Assembly (NCBI GenBank): GCA_013239625.1
Contig: MU053379.1
Span: 3,020,866-3,084,865, forward strand
Direction of reading: 5' to 3'
Source of the DNA: Lama guanicoe
Taxonomy: Eukaryota
Length of the DNA: 64,000 nucleotides
The first letter of the stretch is position 1, and each line of letters starts with the position of its first letter. The position numbers and the translations under genes are program-made. The notes under the pieces were generated by a model that ran no database searches, was not told where the DNA came from, and saw nothing but the letters and a program-made list of their open reading frames with translations. Shown in pieces: positions 50,281-64,000 of the stretch.

Positions 50281-52459
50281 CCTCAGCAGCGATAAATCAG
50301 CGCGCCTTCTGCAGAGCAGCAGAGAGGTCGGGGTCATCAGTACCCACGACGCTGTCCACGTGAATGAGCGCGTGCCCGGGGCATGGCAGTAGCCACTTAC
50401 AGGGCTGACCTAGAATTAAGATCTTGTACTTCACTAAGATGATCGGAAAACATAGTTGACCGCTGTTGATACATCTTTATGGAAGAATTGCATTTGATCG
50501 TTTCTCCCCCCAAAATTTTAACTAGGAAACACCTCAGGTCACTTACACATAGGACGTGTGTGAATTACGCAATTACTAAAATCCTCTTCAGGGAACAACT
50601 GAAAAGCATTGAATCATTTTGTTGCTTTTGTTTAACCAAAACTGAAGAATTCAAATGCCTCAGAGAACATGACTGGGGACTTCTCCTAATGTTTTCAAAA
50701 CACCTGGCTTCAGGAGTTTCACAGTGACAGCAGCCTTCTTCATATGCCGATGTTTACCTTCTCTGGTCTGAGTGGAAGTACCCGCCATGTGCCACACTGG
50801 TATTTATCAAGTCTCGTTGGCCTTCTTGGTAATCTTTTCAATTCAGTCAGGTGACTTAACACAGTCTCTCCCTGTGCTGGTTTCATGCCCAGTGATGCAG
50901 TTATAAAGATGATGAGGGCCCAGCCTCAACCCCCAGACAAGTCACAGGCTAACAGAGGAGACAGACGCCTAACTAGATCACAGTCATTCGTGCCTGTGAC
51001 ACATGCAAGGCACTGTGGGAGACAGCAGAAAGGACTGGGCAGAGGCAACAAGGGGAGGGCTCAGAGAAGGCTTCCTGGAGGAGGTGACACTTGAACTTGG
51101 AAAGGAACTGAACATGCCCCAGGCCAGGCTAGGAAGTAAGATGCAAGGGGCTGTGTGATATCACCAGAAGCAGTTTGATTCTGTGTGGTCGTTACCCAGA
51201 TCGGTGCTGTGGTGGTGCTCAGCATACTACAGGGGTTGCAGACGTGTGTGTGAGTGTTCTTGTAGCCCGTGAAAACAACAGGGCCAAATGAGAGTGAAGG
51301 GTGGCGATGCCAAAATGAGACAGAACAAGTGAGCTTCTTCCAAATCTGTGGCAGGCAGGAGGGGATGACAGAAAAGGCAAGTGTTCTGAGTCCCCGTCCT
51401 TCCCCCTCGCTAGCTATGTAATCTTAAGTGGGTGACTTAATTTTCCTCATCTAGAAAATAGAGACAAATCTGCATTGGGCTCTTGATTCTAAGGAGTAAA
51501 TGAACATAAAAAGAATTGGGCACAAGGCCTGGTACCCAAACGTTCAGTATATATCATTTTGTTTCTCTCTTCTCTCCCACTCCCAGAAGATACAGACAAG
51601 GAGACTCCTGCTTGCTAAGATCGCCCATTTGTGTGCACGTTTCATTTCTGAATATGTTGAAGAGGAGGGGTTTACGCAGCTGCAGTTTTCTGTGGTTTTC
51701 CGTAGTTTACACTGGACGCCATTGAAGCGATGTCCCAGAAGCTTTTACACCCCACTTTTATTGTGTGCACTCCTTAGTAAGGGGGGGCGTTTTCACTGAT
51801 GCCCCCGTCGCACCAGGAGAAATATCTGCATCTTTTTGGACCTTAAGTGATGCTGGAAATTTCTAACCCAAAGGCTCCTGGACCTAAATGTGTAACTCAG
51901 CAGTTTGTCCCCGGGTATATTTTACTTCCTCTGGTGACCATAAGACCAACCCTGTGACAATTTATGGATCTTTGCCAAGTTAAAGTAGTAATTCACATTC
52001 TTGTAAATCAGATTAATAATTTAAGCTATCCTAATCATAAAAGCAACAAAGTAACACCTCTAAAGACTAAAACGTGTGCCTTTAACCTCTCCAAAAGATA
52101 CCAAATGGCATTTTTCTCCATCACTTAAATGTTCATTTTTAAAATCGAAGTAATAGGCCTCTTTCCTTGAGCCTCTTCATAATCCTAGCCTTTTCTCATT
52201 CATTCATTCATTCATATTCGCTCATGTGTTCAGCAAACGTTTACTGAGTTTCTTTCTGCCAGGCACTTGTTCTAGTCACTGAATAAACAGAGACAAAACA
52301 GACAGAGTTGTTGTTCCTAAGGAGCTCATTACGCAAAGGAAATGTGAAGTGGTTTTTATTGCCAACTTCCAGAGAGTATTGAGAAAAGTCCCTCATTTTC
52401 ATTGCAAACCTTTGTGTAATTCTGTCTCACTCCACATATGATGAAAGATTGTGACTTTC

Positions 52460-52770
52460 TGCCCGAAGGCCCTTCCTCACTGTGGGAGCCCACGTGGTCC
52501 GTGCATGGGGCCAGGTGAACGCACCACAGAGTTGGTGGTCTCGGAAGCAGCCCTCTACAGTGACAGACAGGGAGCTGATGGATAAAGATCCCAGCTCCCT
52601 CACCTTGTGAGTGGAATAACTCAGGAATGTTGCGGTCACCTGCCTGATAATGGACCCCATCAGGGCCACCCTCCCTACCCCGTCCCATGCCCTCACTCCC
52701 ACCACAGTGTCTCCTGGGATCCCCTCCCACATCCACTACTTGCTCTCAGATCTGTTTCAACCCAAGAGAG
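52460..52770 (+). mobile_element. LTR16A-like ERVL LTR remnant
   Basis: agcagccctc..cagtgacagacagggagctgatggataaagatcccagctccctcacc...tcctgggatcccctccca resembles the recalled LTR16A consensus. Confidence 0.6.
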
Positions 52771-55156
52771 CACTGAGTCTCACAAGAGAACACAGTCAAA
52801 ATAATAAACTGAAAGTGTTCACAGACCAATACCTGGAATCCACAGTCTTTCTTTGCCAGCGCTGAATTCAGCTAAGTAGGAACCAATACTGTAAGTTAAA
52901 TGAAAATGAATTAAGTTGATGAAATTCAAACAAGACAAATCTCAGGGCTTCTAGCTGGATGACAGATAGACAGATAGACGACAGATAGATGGCGAAGGCT
53001 GGCTCCAGCCATCTACACGACCAATCAGTCTAGACCTAGCCTGGGGTAGAGTCAGGCAAACTGCCCACTTGGGGATGGAGCTCCAGCCTTTACCACCTAA
53101 CCCTGAGGAACTCCATGAAACCTGATTGATAGAAAAACAACATCACCTCTGGCTCCTCCTGCAACTTGCTCTGCTTACTCAGTGCTATGCTTCTTAGATT
53201 TGTTTTCAGTGTTGTGATATGTACTCTTATTTTAATCGCCTCCTAGTAGTCCGAGGGCACGAACGCCGCACAGCGCGCTGGTCCGTTCTCCTGCAGGTGG
53301 GTGTTCAGACTGCTCTAACGTGTCGTGACTGCAGCCCGTGCCGTGGCGACGGTCCCGCCTGTGCCCAGCCCCAGTGCGTGTGTGTGTGTGTGTACGAGTG
53401 TGTGTGCATGCAGGGCTGCTCGGCTAGGTCCGCGGGAAGCGGGCTTGCTGGGTGGAAGACCCCAGACCCACAGCAGTGGTCCCCTGCGGCGGTGGGCGCG
53501 GTGAGAGGGGGTCCTTGAGAGGCATGTGCGTGCTCAGTGGTGCCGGGCTCATCACTCCTGTGCTTCTTGATGCGTCTGAAATACACTGCTCATAATTTTA
53601 AAATACACGAATCTACTCCGGTTTTGAATTGACCAGAGACTGCTCTTCCCTGGCTTTCCTTTGTTGCCTCTACTTGTTAAACTTCCTCCCAAGCACACGA
53701 ATTACTGGAATTACTGATGTCCCCAGGAAGCACGTACTAAAGAAATGGACCGTCAGTTCTGTGCTAAACAATCAGTAGGGGGAAAAAAAGGAATTATTTC
53801 ATCGGTGACTAACAGAAAGTTTTTCTCTGACTTAAAGTTTTTCCTTCTTCCCCTAACTTAAAAAAAAAACCTATTTGTAGAATATTGACTTAGGTAAACA
53901 GCCCTCACCTCTTGGGGAATTCCAGGATCTGCTTTCCCCATCAGCGCGGAGAGCCAGCAGCTCTGGGAGAAGAGCCATGTAGGTCATTTCAGGCTTTCAT
54001 CCTTTGTTAATTCAAGTCAATAAAAAGAGTCGGCCAGGAAGGTGACTCAGGGTTTGGCTTGCTCTGGCGTCCTTGATTAAGATAATAGCAGGTTGATTTG
54101 GCTTATTTCGTTCCTTTTCACCACCGTATTCTTGCCAGAAATGAGATAAAATGGCCATCAGTTCCTTTCCCACCTCCCATCCATTGATTTTGGTCAAAAA
54201 TTTTTTTTTCACCAGATTGATGTGATTGCACACGAGACGTCTGAATTAGGTAGCCCAGGTTTTCTCTCACTTCCTCACCAAAAATTCCATCCATGGCGCT
54301 ATCGTTCAAAAATAGAAAGTGAGCATGAAGACCACGGGAGTTTCCATCAGGAGGAACCGGGGCTGTGACTCAGCTGTTTGCTGGCGCTGAGCACCTCATC
54401 AGGGCGCAGCCACTCAGACGCTGCGTGGAGGGGACACCGTGGGTAAGGAAACTTTCCTCTTTCTGAGTGTTCCCTTTAGTTTAGAGACCTCAGCATCTTT
54501 TAAAATATTAATGAGACCTCAAGGCACTTCTAGGCTAGCAGCTGTCAGGGCATCAACAGTTTACCTCAACTAGTCAATAGAAATAGTACTTTGAAAACAC
54601 TCATGGCGAAAATTCATAGAGCATCTGATCTGCATGAGGCACTGTGACTGGTTTTTTACTGCACTATTTTCAACTATCTCGTTTAATCCACACAATGTCT
54701 TTGTGAGGTAGAGATGACTATTATCCCCTTTGTACAGGTGCAGGGCCCGAGGTACAGAGAGGCTCAGTAACCCACCTAAAGTTGCACAGCTAGTAATGCT
54801 GGAGCCAGGCTTGGAACCCAGGCCGCCTGCTCTTCCCCTTGTGCTCTTGGTTCCTTTCCCACGCCAAGGCTCAGTGGAGCTGGATAACTTGCAAATGGTC
54901 ACACAGCTGTCAAAGGATGGAGCCAAGGTTTTAATCTAGGTCATCATCTTGTGAAGCCTGAGATATTAGTTATAACCTTTCTGCAAAAAAAAAAAAAAAA
55001 GGAGATCAAGGTCCTTCTTTGGTTTATTGTCAATTTATACAAGAATCTCATTTCTCCCAATTACCAAGCCACCTCTGAAACACTAGCCAACAGTTTCAAA
55101 TGATAATGGATGCTGTGTATATGAAGGCCACGCCCCTGGAAGCAGACATAGGGACC

Positions 55157-55626
55157 AAAAACAGGCAGAAGATCTAAACAGACATTTCTCCAAAGAAGAC
55201 ATACAGATGGCCAATGGGCACATGAGAAGATGCTCAATATTGCTAACTATCAGAGAAATGCAAATCAAAATTGCAGTGATGTATCACTTCACACAGATCA
55301 GAATGGCCATCATCAAAAAGTCCATAAATAGTAAATGCTGGAGAGGGTGTGGAGAAAAGGGAACCCTCCTGCACTGTTGGTGGGAATGTAAATTGGTTCA
55401 GCCACTATGGAGAACAGTCTGGAGATTTCTTTAAAAACTGAAAATAGGGTTACCATATGATCCGGCTATCCCATTCCTGAGCACATATCTGGAAAAGATG
55501 TAAAGTCTAATTTGAAAAGACACATGCACCCCAGTGTTCACAGCAGCACTATTTGCAATAGCCAAGACACGGACGCAACCTAAATGTCCCTTGACAGATG
55601 ACTAGATAAAGATTTGGTGTGTAAAG

Positions 55627-55679
<53 letters not shown>

Positions 55680-56125
55680 CATACACATAGTGGAGTATTA
55701 CTCAGCCATAAAAAGAATTTGCAGCAACATAGATGAACCTATAGATGGTCATACTAAGTGAAGTAGGTCAGACAAAGATAAACATCATATGATATCACTT
55801 ATATGTGGAATCTAAAAACAACTGATACAAATGAATTTATTTACGAAACAGAAATAGACGCAGGCATAGAAAGCAAACTTACGGTTACCCATGGGGCAGG
55901 GAGGGTAAATTAGGAGTTTGGGATTAGCAGATACAAACCACTGTATGTTAAATAGATAAACAACAAGGTCCTACTGTGTAGCACAAGGAACTATATTCAA
56001 GATCATGTAATAAGCCATAATGGAAAAGAATCTGAAAAAGAATATAATTACATGTATAAAACTGAGTCACTTTGCTGTACACTGGAGACCATCACAACAT
56101 TGTAAAACAACTGTACTTTGATTAA
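55157..56125 (+). mobile_element. 5'-truncated L1 3' end containing a (CA)n microsatellite at ~55636-55671
   Basis: ORF 55207-55434 gives the ORF2 C-terminal [26 protein letters not shown] motif. Full artiodactyl-type 3'UTR runs to ...cattgtaaaacaactgtactttgattaaaaaaa. Confidence 0.9.
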
Positions 56126-59100
56126 AAAAATTTTTTTTAAAAGGAGGAGAAAGAAATTTGTTATTTCACACAACCAAGAAGTCAAATGTGGAGTTGGCCT
56201 CGGGGTTCAAGGTTCACGCTGACTGGCTCCCCCCAACTCTGCTCCACCCACCCTCTCCTCCAGGACCCTTGCAGCCTCCGCCCCCCACTTCCCACAGGAT
56301 GAGGCTCAGTCAGGAGCTCCCACGAAAGCCCTGTGCTGACCCTCACCGGGCAGCACCCCTGTCACTGCAGCTGGGGGATGGAGGAACACCAAACCACCTG
56401 TGAAAGGATGAGGGATGAGAGCTCCCCAAAGAAACTGGGGGCTGTCAGGTGACGTACGATGAACAACCGTGGAGGGGAGTCGGATACCCACAGAGGCCAC
56501 TGCAGGTCAGAACCACACGACGGAGGGGAGTCCAGCCCCGCAGGAACCACCTCGATGCCACCCCGCGCTCAGCGCTGCACCACAGAGATAAATGCACCAA
56601 TATCAGCTGACGACCTCCGGTGATGGGCTGGAGACCTGTTGGTGCGAGGAATGTTTTCTACTTTATTCTCTTGCTGAAATGTGAGAAACCTGCCAGAGAT
56701 GCGTAGCAAACATGGGATCGCTGTGCCTGATGCTTCCCCTGTTACACAAAGATGTCCTCACCCCATTCCGGGAAGGGCAGCACCTGTGTCCGACAGCTGC
56801 CTGGTGACCAGGGGCTCCCTCCGGCCCCCAGCCTCCCAGCAGCCCTAGAACTGAGCATGCCCTACGGAAAGGAGGCTGCAGAAGCGACATTTGGTGGCCT
56901 GCCGAGAGTTTTCACACGCTCAGAGAATCCCCCGGCCAAAGCCTTGGGTCCTCTCTGCTCACCCAAGAGGCAAACAAGCCCTTCCACAGCCCCGTGGGAT
57001 TTTTTAAAGAAACATTTAAGCCTTCTGAAACACTTTTTGCTCATTCATTTTCCAACATCTTATTTTTAAATTTTTAAACTTTTAAATTAAAGTCCTGAGT
57101 GAAATGACTTGATTTTAGACCTTGGGGGAAAAATTGCCAATAACCTGTTTCAGTTTTTGATTTGTGAAACCAAAGGTTTTGAAGATTGATTCACGGAAAG
57201 AGAAGGGTGACAAGAGACAGACAGAGGCGAAGACAGAGAATGCAGACAGAGGATGGCATTGGGAGGCAGTTGAGTGACCAGACCTGGAGTGTAACGCGGG
57301 CTTCTTGGCTCAATCACTTAATGGTTGTAGGATTAAAATTTGAGGCAAATTCCCTTTCTGAGCCCAAGTTTCCTCAAAAGTAACACGGGGACAGCGACCA
57401 TGAAGGGTGGCTCCAGGCACCGGGGTGGGGGACGCCTTCGGTGGCCTGGGCTGCAGCGGGGCTCAAGGCATAATCCCTCCTGTGGGTGGAGGTCTTGCCG
57501 TTGCTATGGTTCCCCCCCCCCGCCCCCCTGCCGCCGTGTTAGCTGCAGACCGGCCTCTGGTCCTCCCATTCTGAGTTTATCCTCCCGAAAATTCACTCTT
57601 CTGCCAGTAAAGGAAATGGCCTGGAGCCCTCTTCTCAGACATTGTCGGGACAGAGGAACCAGTGCTCACTTCGTGTTTACTCAAGCGAGGGGGTTCAAAC
57701 CGCCTGCTCTAGTGGTCGCTGGGAAGGGCTGCAGCTCTGTGGGCTGGGCGTCTGTGAGGCTGCCGGCCGGGGATGAATAATCAAAGTCCTGCCAACACAG
57801 AGTGCCCTGGGCCCTCCTCCAAGCAGCCTCCCATTTTCTCTATCACGCTTGTCCCCTCTGACCCCCTCAAATGGCCACATCTGTGCTGTGCTTTCGCCAG
57901 GAGCTCGAGTTTTAAGGCCTCCACGCTGCCCTTTCCCAAGCGGGCAGGTTCTCAGCAGCAGCTCCCCGGAGCCCCCCCCCCCCGCAGACCTGGCCGAGAG
58001 GGGCTGGAGCGGGTCCCAGGTGCTGAGGGAGGCCAGCTCCTGTCCTAGCAGACTGCAGAAAGAGCCACTCCAGCCGGCATACAAAGCAGAGGGCCAGCAA
58101 GTGCCCTTTTGCATACTGACACCCTCCTGGCAGGAGAGCCCACGGAAAACTCGGCCTGATTGCATAATGTCCTGCTCCCGGAGGGCCAGGACTCCTGGGT
58201 GGAGGGCTGCTTCAAAGCAAGCAAAAAGCACCCTGAAAGTGTGCTGGGACTGGAGAGAGACCAGTGCAAACCCGAGTGTGTTCAGAAGAGGCTGTGAAGT
58301 GTCACCCATCTCTGCCCATCAGTGGTGGCATAAGACATTTGTTCGAGACGCTGGGATTGTAAGGGGATTGGCCCCAGCGTGGACACCCACGGCTCACCCC
58401 ACTGGCGCTCCAGTGGGATCGCACCCTTTAACGCGCAGCAGGGCTTGGGGTGCGGAGAAGAGGGAGCCCCTCCTAGGGTCCGACCTTATCCTGAGCCCCC
58501 ACCTGGGAGCCAGGGAAGACCGCTAACTCCTAATTCTGCCAGCTTGACTGTTTCACTGTCGTGTGAAGAGAAGCTGTCTTTCCCGTTTCTGTCTCTTTGG
58601 CTTCTGTCCCAGAATCTTTTGCAAAATGGCTTTTTGGACGTTTAGGAGGACAATATAGGGTCCTTGGGGATGAGGTCCTCTCATGCCTCCTGGGGCCATG
58701 GCCCTTGGTACCCCTGGTTCTTGAACCCCCACTGGCCTTTGGGCGGCAGTCTGTGGCTGGGGCTCTCGGGGTCCTTGTCCTTACAGATTTGTCTTATGTT
58801 TTTGATGACTTCTCTCTGTTCTTCACCCTCTTTTACCTTCACTCCCTAAACAGAAGGCAGGTATTGCTCAAGGTCCAGCCTGAGTTTTTCACTCTCTTCC
58901 TGCAGAGTGAATTCACCCACATCCAAAGTGAGTGGGGAAAAGTACTCAAGCCCCTTCCAACACTGAACGGTAGACGCCCCGACACCCCCGCTGGGGTACA
59001 CAGCGGGTGTCAGCCATCGTCCTCTGGCTGGTCAGCATTGCTTTCGCTCTCCCTGACGCAGACCCTCAAACCAGGCTGCATCCCACGGATTCCTCAGCAC

Positions 59101-61616
59101 CCACCTGGCTTCTACGGAGATGTTACCTCCCCGACTGAGCCGGCCCCCAGGGAGTGAGCTCCAAGCCCTCAGGTCAGCCCAGGAGGGGCCTGGGAAAACC
59201 GCATCTCAGGGCCGCTACCCGCAGTGACTCAGCTGAGACCCAGACACAAGCATGTGATGCAAATCGTTCCTTTGGGAGGTGCTGCCAGGAAGCACTGGTG
59301 GGGAGTGAGGAAGTAAACAGGGAAAGGGGAGCCATGAAGGCTCGCATTAGCAAGCTAACTGCCGCTGGGCAACGGGCTTTATCCCCGCTCCCCCCTCCCG
59401 CCCCCCAGACGGGGGAGCTGAAGCAGCGCGCGGGAGGGCGGCAGAGGGAGCGGATCGGTGCGGAGGCGCTGGGAGAACGTCCCTGCTCTTAGACGGTGTA
59501 CACGGGCGTCTTCAGGAGTCAGCGCTGTGATGCGTTCCTTCAGGAGATCCAAGGGAGAGAGAGAGAATATACTGGAAAATCCTGATATCAGCAAGGAGGA
59601 AAGGAAGGAAGTGTCTGCTGATTGAAAGCCTGAAGTTGACGGAGGTCCTTTAGGTGCAGGCTGCTAACTGAGAGAACGGGACTAAGAACGACAGGTACCT
59701 AAATCCCACCAGGCAGGGAGAGAGCCGAGCCCCGGGGGGCAGCGCCTACGCTCCAAGTCAGAAGGAGCCGGAGCGGAGGCTCCGCCCAGACGTCCCGGGA
59801 TGCAGCTCCCTGTGAGGCGGGAAGGGAGCAGGAGGGTGGCCACGCCCCAGGGCTCAGGTCCAGGGTTATCAGAGGGTGTTTGGTTGGACGTTGTGAGGCC
59901 TTCAGCCTGTTCCTCCACCTGTGACTTATGGCTGGGATCCATGGCTTCAAATTCATTTGCGGCTGAGTGATATGAGTCCTACCTGGGAGATCCCTTGGTA
60001 CTGTAACCATATTCCTCTAACCTATGGAGCAGAACAGTTTCTGCTGGATGATGGAGGTCAGGTGTGCAATAAGGGAGCCCAGTGGAGAGCTCGGGAGAAT
60101 AAAGACAAGAGCTGGAATCTCAGGGCTCCCTGTACCACTCTTGACCGCCGCCTTCCTGCTCTGCCATTTCACCCTTGACTCATGATGGTGAGGAGTAAAC
60201 CCAGGGAGGTCCAGGACTGTAGGTGGGCACCACATCTGCACCGGTACAGAAGGGACTCACCCTGTAATGTGGCCTCCCCTAACTTCTCACCCCACCTCTT
60301 GGCCTTTCTGGATGTTCCCCCCAGAGTACCAAGTGCTACCTGACACTCACTCTGTGTCATCTTCCCGCCTGACCCAACCTTCCTTCCCCATGCCCCTCTT
60401 TGTGACAACAGCTCCAAAATGTTCAAAATCCAGACAAGTTGCTTTCCCTCTATCCTCTCTCCTCCCCTTCTTCACTGAAACTTCCATGAAAGACCATCTC
60501 TTCTGCCTTTGACACCTCCTGAGTCACCCCTTCAGCACCCACCCGCCTGGACGAGGAAGCCATTCCTGTCTAAGTGCTCTTTCCTTCACTCTGGTCTCTC
60601 CCTGTCTGCTGCTGTCTGCCCACTGATGTCAACCATTTCATCCCTCCTGCCCCCCAGCAGCCTCCCATTATCCATCTCATTAGTCCATGTCTTGGATCTT
60701 TAATTTCTCATATCTGAGAAGTCACTGCCCCATACACTTCCCCCTTCAAATTGACTCATAGCCATCTTTTTTCCATCATTTCCATCGCAGTCCCCTTAAT
60801 CCTAGCCCTCATTCTCCAGGAACCCAGCAACCCCTGGCCTCCATTTCAGTCCCTCTGCTCTCCCCTACGTTCCTCCACGGCACTAATCTTGCTTCAGCAT
60901 CACTTCACCAGGCCACACCTCTGCTCCAGAACGCACAATGGCTCACCATTTCTTACCACATCAGATCTAAACTTCTTTGTCTGTCTGTCATCATCTGACC
61001 CTACTCCCTCATTTTCCCACCCCATCCCCACCTTTCTCCTGTTCCAAGCCAAGCCTCCTCCACCCTCTCTGTTCTGTAAACTTCCCATGCTTGGTCCTAA
61101 GGCACAGTTTTGCTGAGACTTTTCCTCTTCTGTTCAATCAAAACCTATTTGACTTGTTAAGGTCTCTGGGAACTTTCATGGCCATTTATCCACTCTAGTC
61201 CCATGTTCTATTGATGTTAGATCCAGCGTGTTGGGGGCAGCAGATGAGATTCTACAGGGGTAAGTTGGGACCAAGAGTCCAGGAAACCCCACAGAGGCAG
61301 CTGGGCATCAGGGCCCTAAATACAGCCTGTGAGGGAACCTGTCACACCAAGGATAGTTCTGTGGGGCTGGGTGCAGGAGCTAGTGCCAAGCCTGGGCAGC
61401 GAGTCTGTGACAGAAGACTCCAGTCCCCAGAAAGACGCAGGCGTCTGAGTTTGAAATGCATTCAGAAGCCATAGTTTCAGTTCACCTAGGGAAGGACAGG
61501 TGGGAAGAAGAGGAAATCAGGAGGCTGGGGGCATAAGGGTAGCAGGGATGGTTCTGGAAGGCACAACGCAAAGCTCTTGGCTCCTCCATGTGCATCTTGT
61601 GCATTGGCTTGAGCTC

Positions 61617-62130
61617 TGTGGTACAGTCTCTAACAAAATTCTTTCCCTGGCCTTTTGCACCTGTCACTCTGCCATTGACAAGTGGCATTTATTTCTCCTC
61701 TCCTTACATCTGGGCTGACTTCGTGACTGCTTCGGTCAATGGACTGTAATGGCAGGTGATGTTCTGGGACTTCTGTCCTGAACCTGAAAAAGCTTCGCAA
61801 CTTCCGCTTCCTTCATGGAACACGGTCGCCATGCTGTGAGAAGCCCAAGCCACATGGAGGAGAGCCAGGATACTTAAGGCACCGGCCCAGCTTAGCCCCC
61901 AGTAACAGCCAGCATCAACCACCAGCCATGTGAGTTCTCCACTGTGGATATCCAGTTCAGAACAGCCCCCACATCATCAACCAGGATCCCAGCCAATATC
62001 ACATGGAGGAGAAGAACCACCCAGCTGAGCCCCAGCAAACCCGCAGAATTGGAAAGATGATGTGATAGTTGTTTCTAAGGTACTAAGTCTGGGAGTGCTT
62101 TTCCTGCCATATGTAAGCAAAACAGACTCA
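61617..62130 (+). mobile_element. MLT1 (F/G/H-like) MaLR LTR
   Basis: gccatgctgtgagaagcccaagccacatggag...cagccagcatcaaccaccagccatgtgag...gaagaaccacccagctgagcccca. Confidence 0.7.
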
Positions 62131-64000
62131 ATAAATTTCTCGGCTTCTCTAATGAGTACTTTCCTTAGCCAACATGCAGGACTCCTAATACACTGAGACT
62201 CCAGAAGGCAAGGTGCCTGGAACACCCTCGTGGGGCACCAGTTCCTCAGTGACTGGGTTCATGTTGATAATTCTCTTTTCTTTGCGATGTAGCCCAGATC
62301 ATCTCATCTATTTGTTGGTTACGTTCCACTTAGTGTTTTATTTTAAATTATGTGTAATATTTCTATAACTGTTTTTATTGACAAATCTCATGTACTCCAA
62401 AAACAAGCCCATATTTGTATCTTTTTTCCCTCCCCCGTTGCTCATTGCAAAGTAAACATGCAGCATATACCGCTGAATTGAAAGTTCATTTCCAAAGACT
62501 CCTTCATGCAGATAGGATTGTCTTTCAAGTCTAGCTCAAGGGACCAAGGGGCAATATTTACCTTAATTCAGTCTTACGTGTAATAGGTTAATCATCGAAT
62601 GTTTCCTTAAAAGATAAAACACAAAACTGCAAATACGTACAAAAATAATAAAAATTTGTCAAGATAAAAGAAAACAGGAGTGAAAGTGGATAACAGCCAG
62701 TGACCTGTGTGTCAGAGCTTGGTTCAGAGAGGAATCAGAGACATGCTGTAATGCCAGCGTGCTTATTAATAAAAGCTTCAGGCACTGAATGTATTTTTCA
62801 GTGCTGTGGTTATATCTTTTGCTCACATGCCTCATGGTGGGGTTCGAGTTTGAAATGAGGCTGTGCACAACACAAATGAGGCCATCAGGTTTCCATGGGT
62901 CTGTCTGAGGCCATCGACATCCCCTGGAGCACAGCCTTTCCTGGAATCAAAATATGAATTAGAGGGTTATCATACTGTCAATATGGGAGTGTTAGGATTT
63001 TTGACCGGGCAGGATAAGGACTGAGACAGAAGGAGCAATAGTCAACTTAATCTAAATACTCAGCAGCTGCTTAAGAGATAGGGGATAATCCGGTTCTGCT
63101 GCAGTAAAAACCAGCATACCTTTGAGCTTATGAATTACAAGTAGGGATGGCTGAACCTGCTTGGTCGAATACCTGCCAAATCTTTAAGCCCAAACCTAAT
63201 GCTTTGCTGGGGACTTTCTCTCCTCCCCTTGAGGATTAAGGTATTGCTTCTGAAGGCCCCAGAGTGTTCGAAAATCAAAGCTAATAGCTATCTCAGCATT
63301 TAAGGGGACCTTGGATTAAAGACAAATGGGGATTTAGGCAACATTAAGGGAACCTCAGACAGATCCTTGTGCAGCCTGGAAAAAGTGACTGGAGTATACA
63401 GAGGCCCACGCCCGGGGTTCTGTAGCCAGAGAATTCCACTGATGGAACGAGCGTCCCAGGCAGCGTAAGACAGGGTAGCAGCAGCTCGTGCAGGTCATGT
63501 GCATGCTGCGGGTCAACAAGAAGCTTCTGGAAACCAGCACTGCCTTCCTGGGCGAGCAGGGTGGCCGGCGCTCTGCTCAGCCTGCTTCCACATTTGTAAG
63601 CACAGAAAATGATGATAGTTGTCTGTCTGCTTACCTCACAGGGTGCTATAAAGCTCACTTGAGATGATGTATGAAAAAACGTGCTGGAAACAAGGTCTGA
63701 AACACTGTAAAAATGTGAGTTTCAGGTATGATATCGACATAGAGAGGCGTTAACAAAAAGGGACATGTGGAACCACCTTGCAAATCAAATGAATAAATGA
63801 ACGTGTGATTGACATCACGGTGAGGGGGTAGTAATGTGAGTCGTGGAAATTTGCACATGATTTTAAAGGAAACTGGATTGGTAAACTTTATCTTCTGGAC
63901 AGTTGGAAAAGCTTTTTTGGAGAATTGGAATTTGGGGGCTGAAAAGGAAGGGAGGAAGGGCAGATGAATGGGTGAAAGGGAGGGAGGGAGGACAGATCAA

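Noticed and set aside
57340..59492. ORFs of 112-225 aa in the upstream region as a neighbouring gene
   Set aside because: Mostly non-ATG starts, overlapping on both strands, no recognisable protein family or consistent splice structure.

Overview
Mammalian genomic DNA, most likely a camelid, judged from a tRNA-Ala-derived vic-1-type SINE and artiodactyl-type L1 3' ends. The window holds the 5' end of RALGAPA2 (Ral GTPase-activating protein alpha-2) on the minus strand. Its CpG-island promoter lies at ~42.5-43.3 kb. Coding exons 1-3 (42776-42671, 14704-14594, 11704-11652) have canonical GT-AG sites and splice into one frame, and the gene continues off the left edge. The rest is intronic or upstream intergenic DNA rich in transposable elements. 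The main observations are: (1) a TSD-flanked insertion fusing an L1 3' fragment to ~335 nt of non-L1, polyadenylated sequence; (2) a nested stack in intron 1 (MLT1 > ERV1 > MER41-like solo LTR plus a young 5'-truncated L1 with a possible short 3' transduction); (3) an altered STAT motif in the MER41-like LTR; (4) signs of AT-to-GC-biased decay and CpG-rich patches in old intronic repeats; (5) a convergent pair of ZNF143-type motifs at the promoter. I found no new protein-coding system, CRISPR array or true RNA gene. Repeat family names come from recalled consensus sequences and need Dfam/RepeatMasker confirmation.
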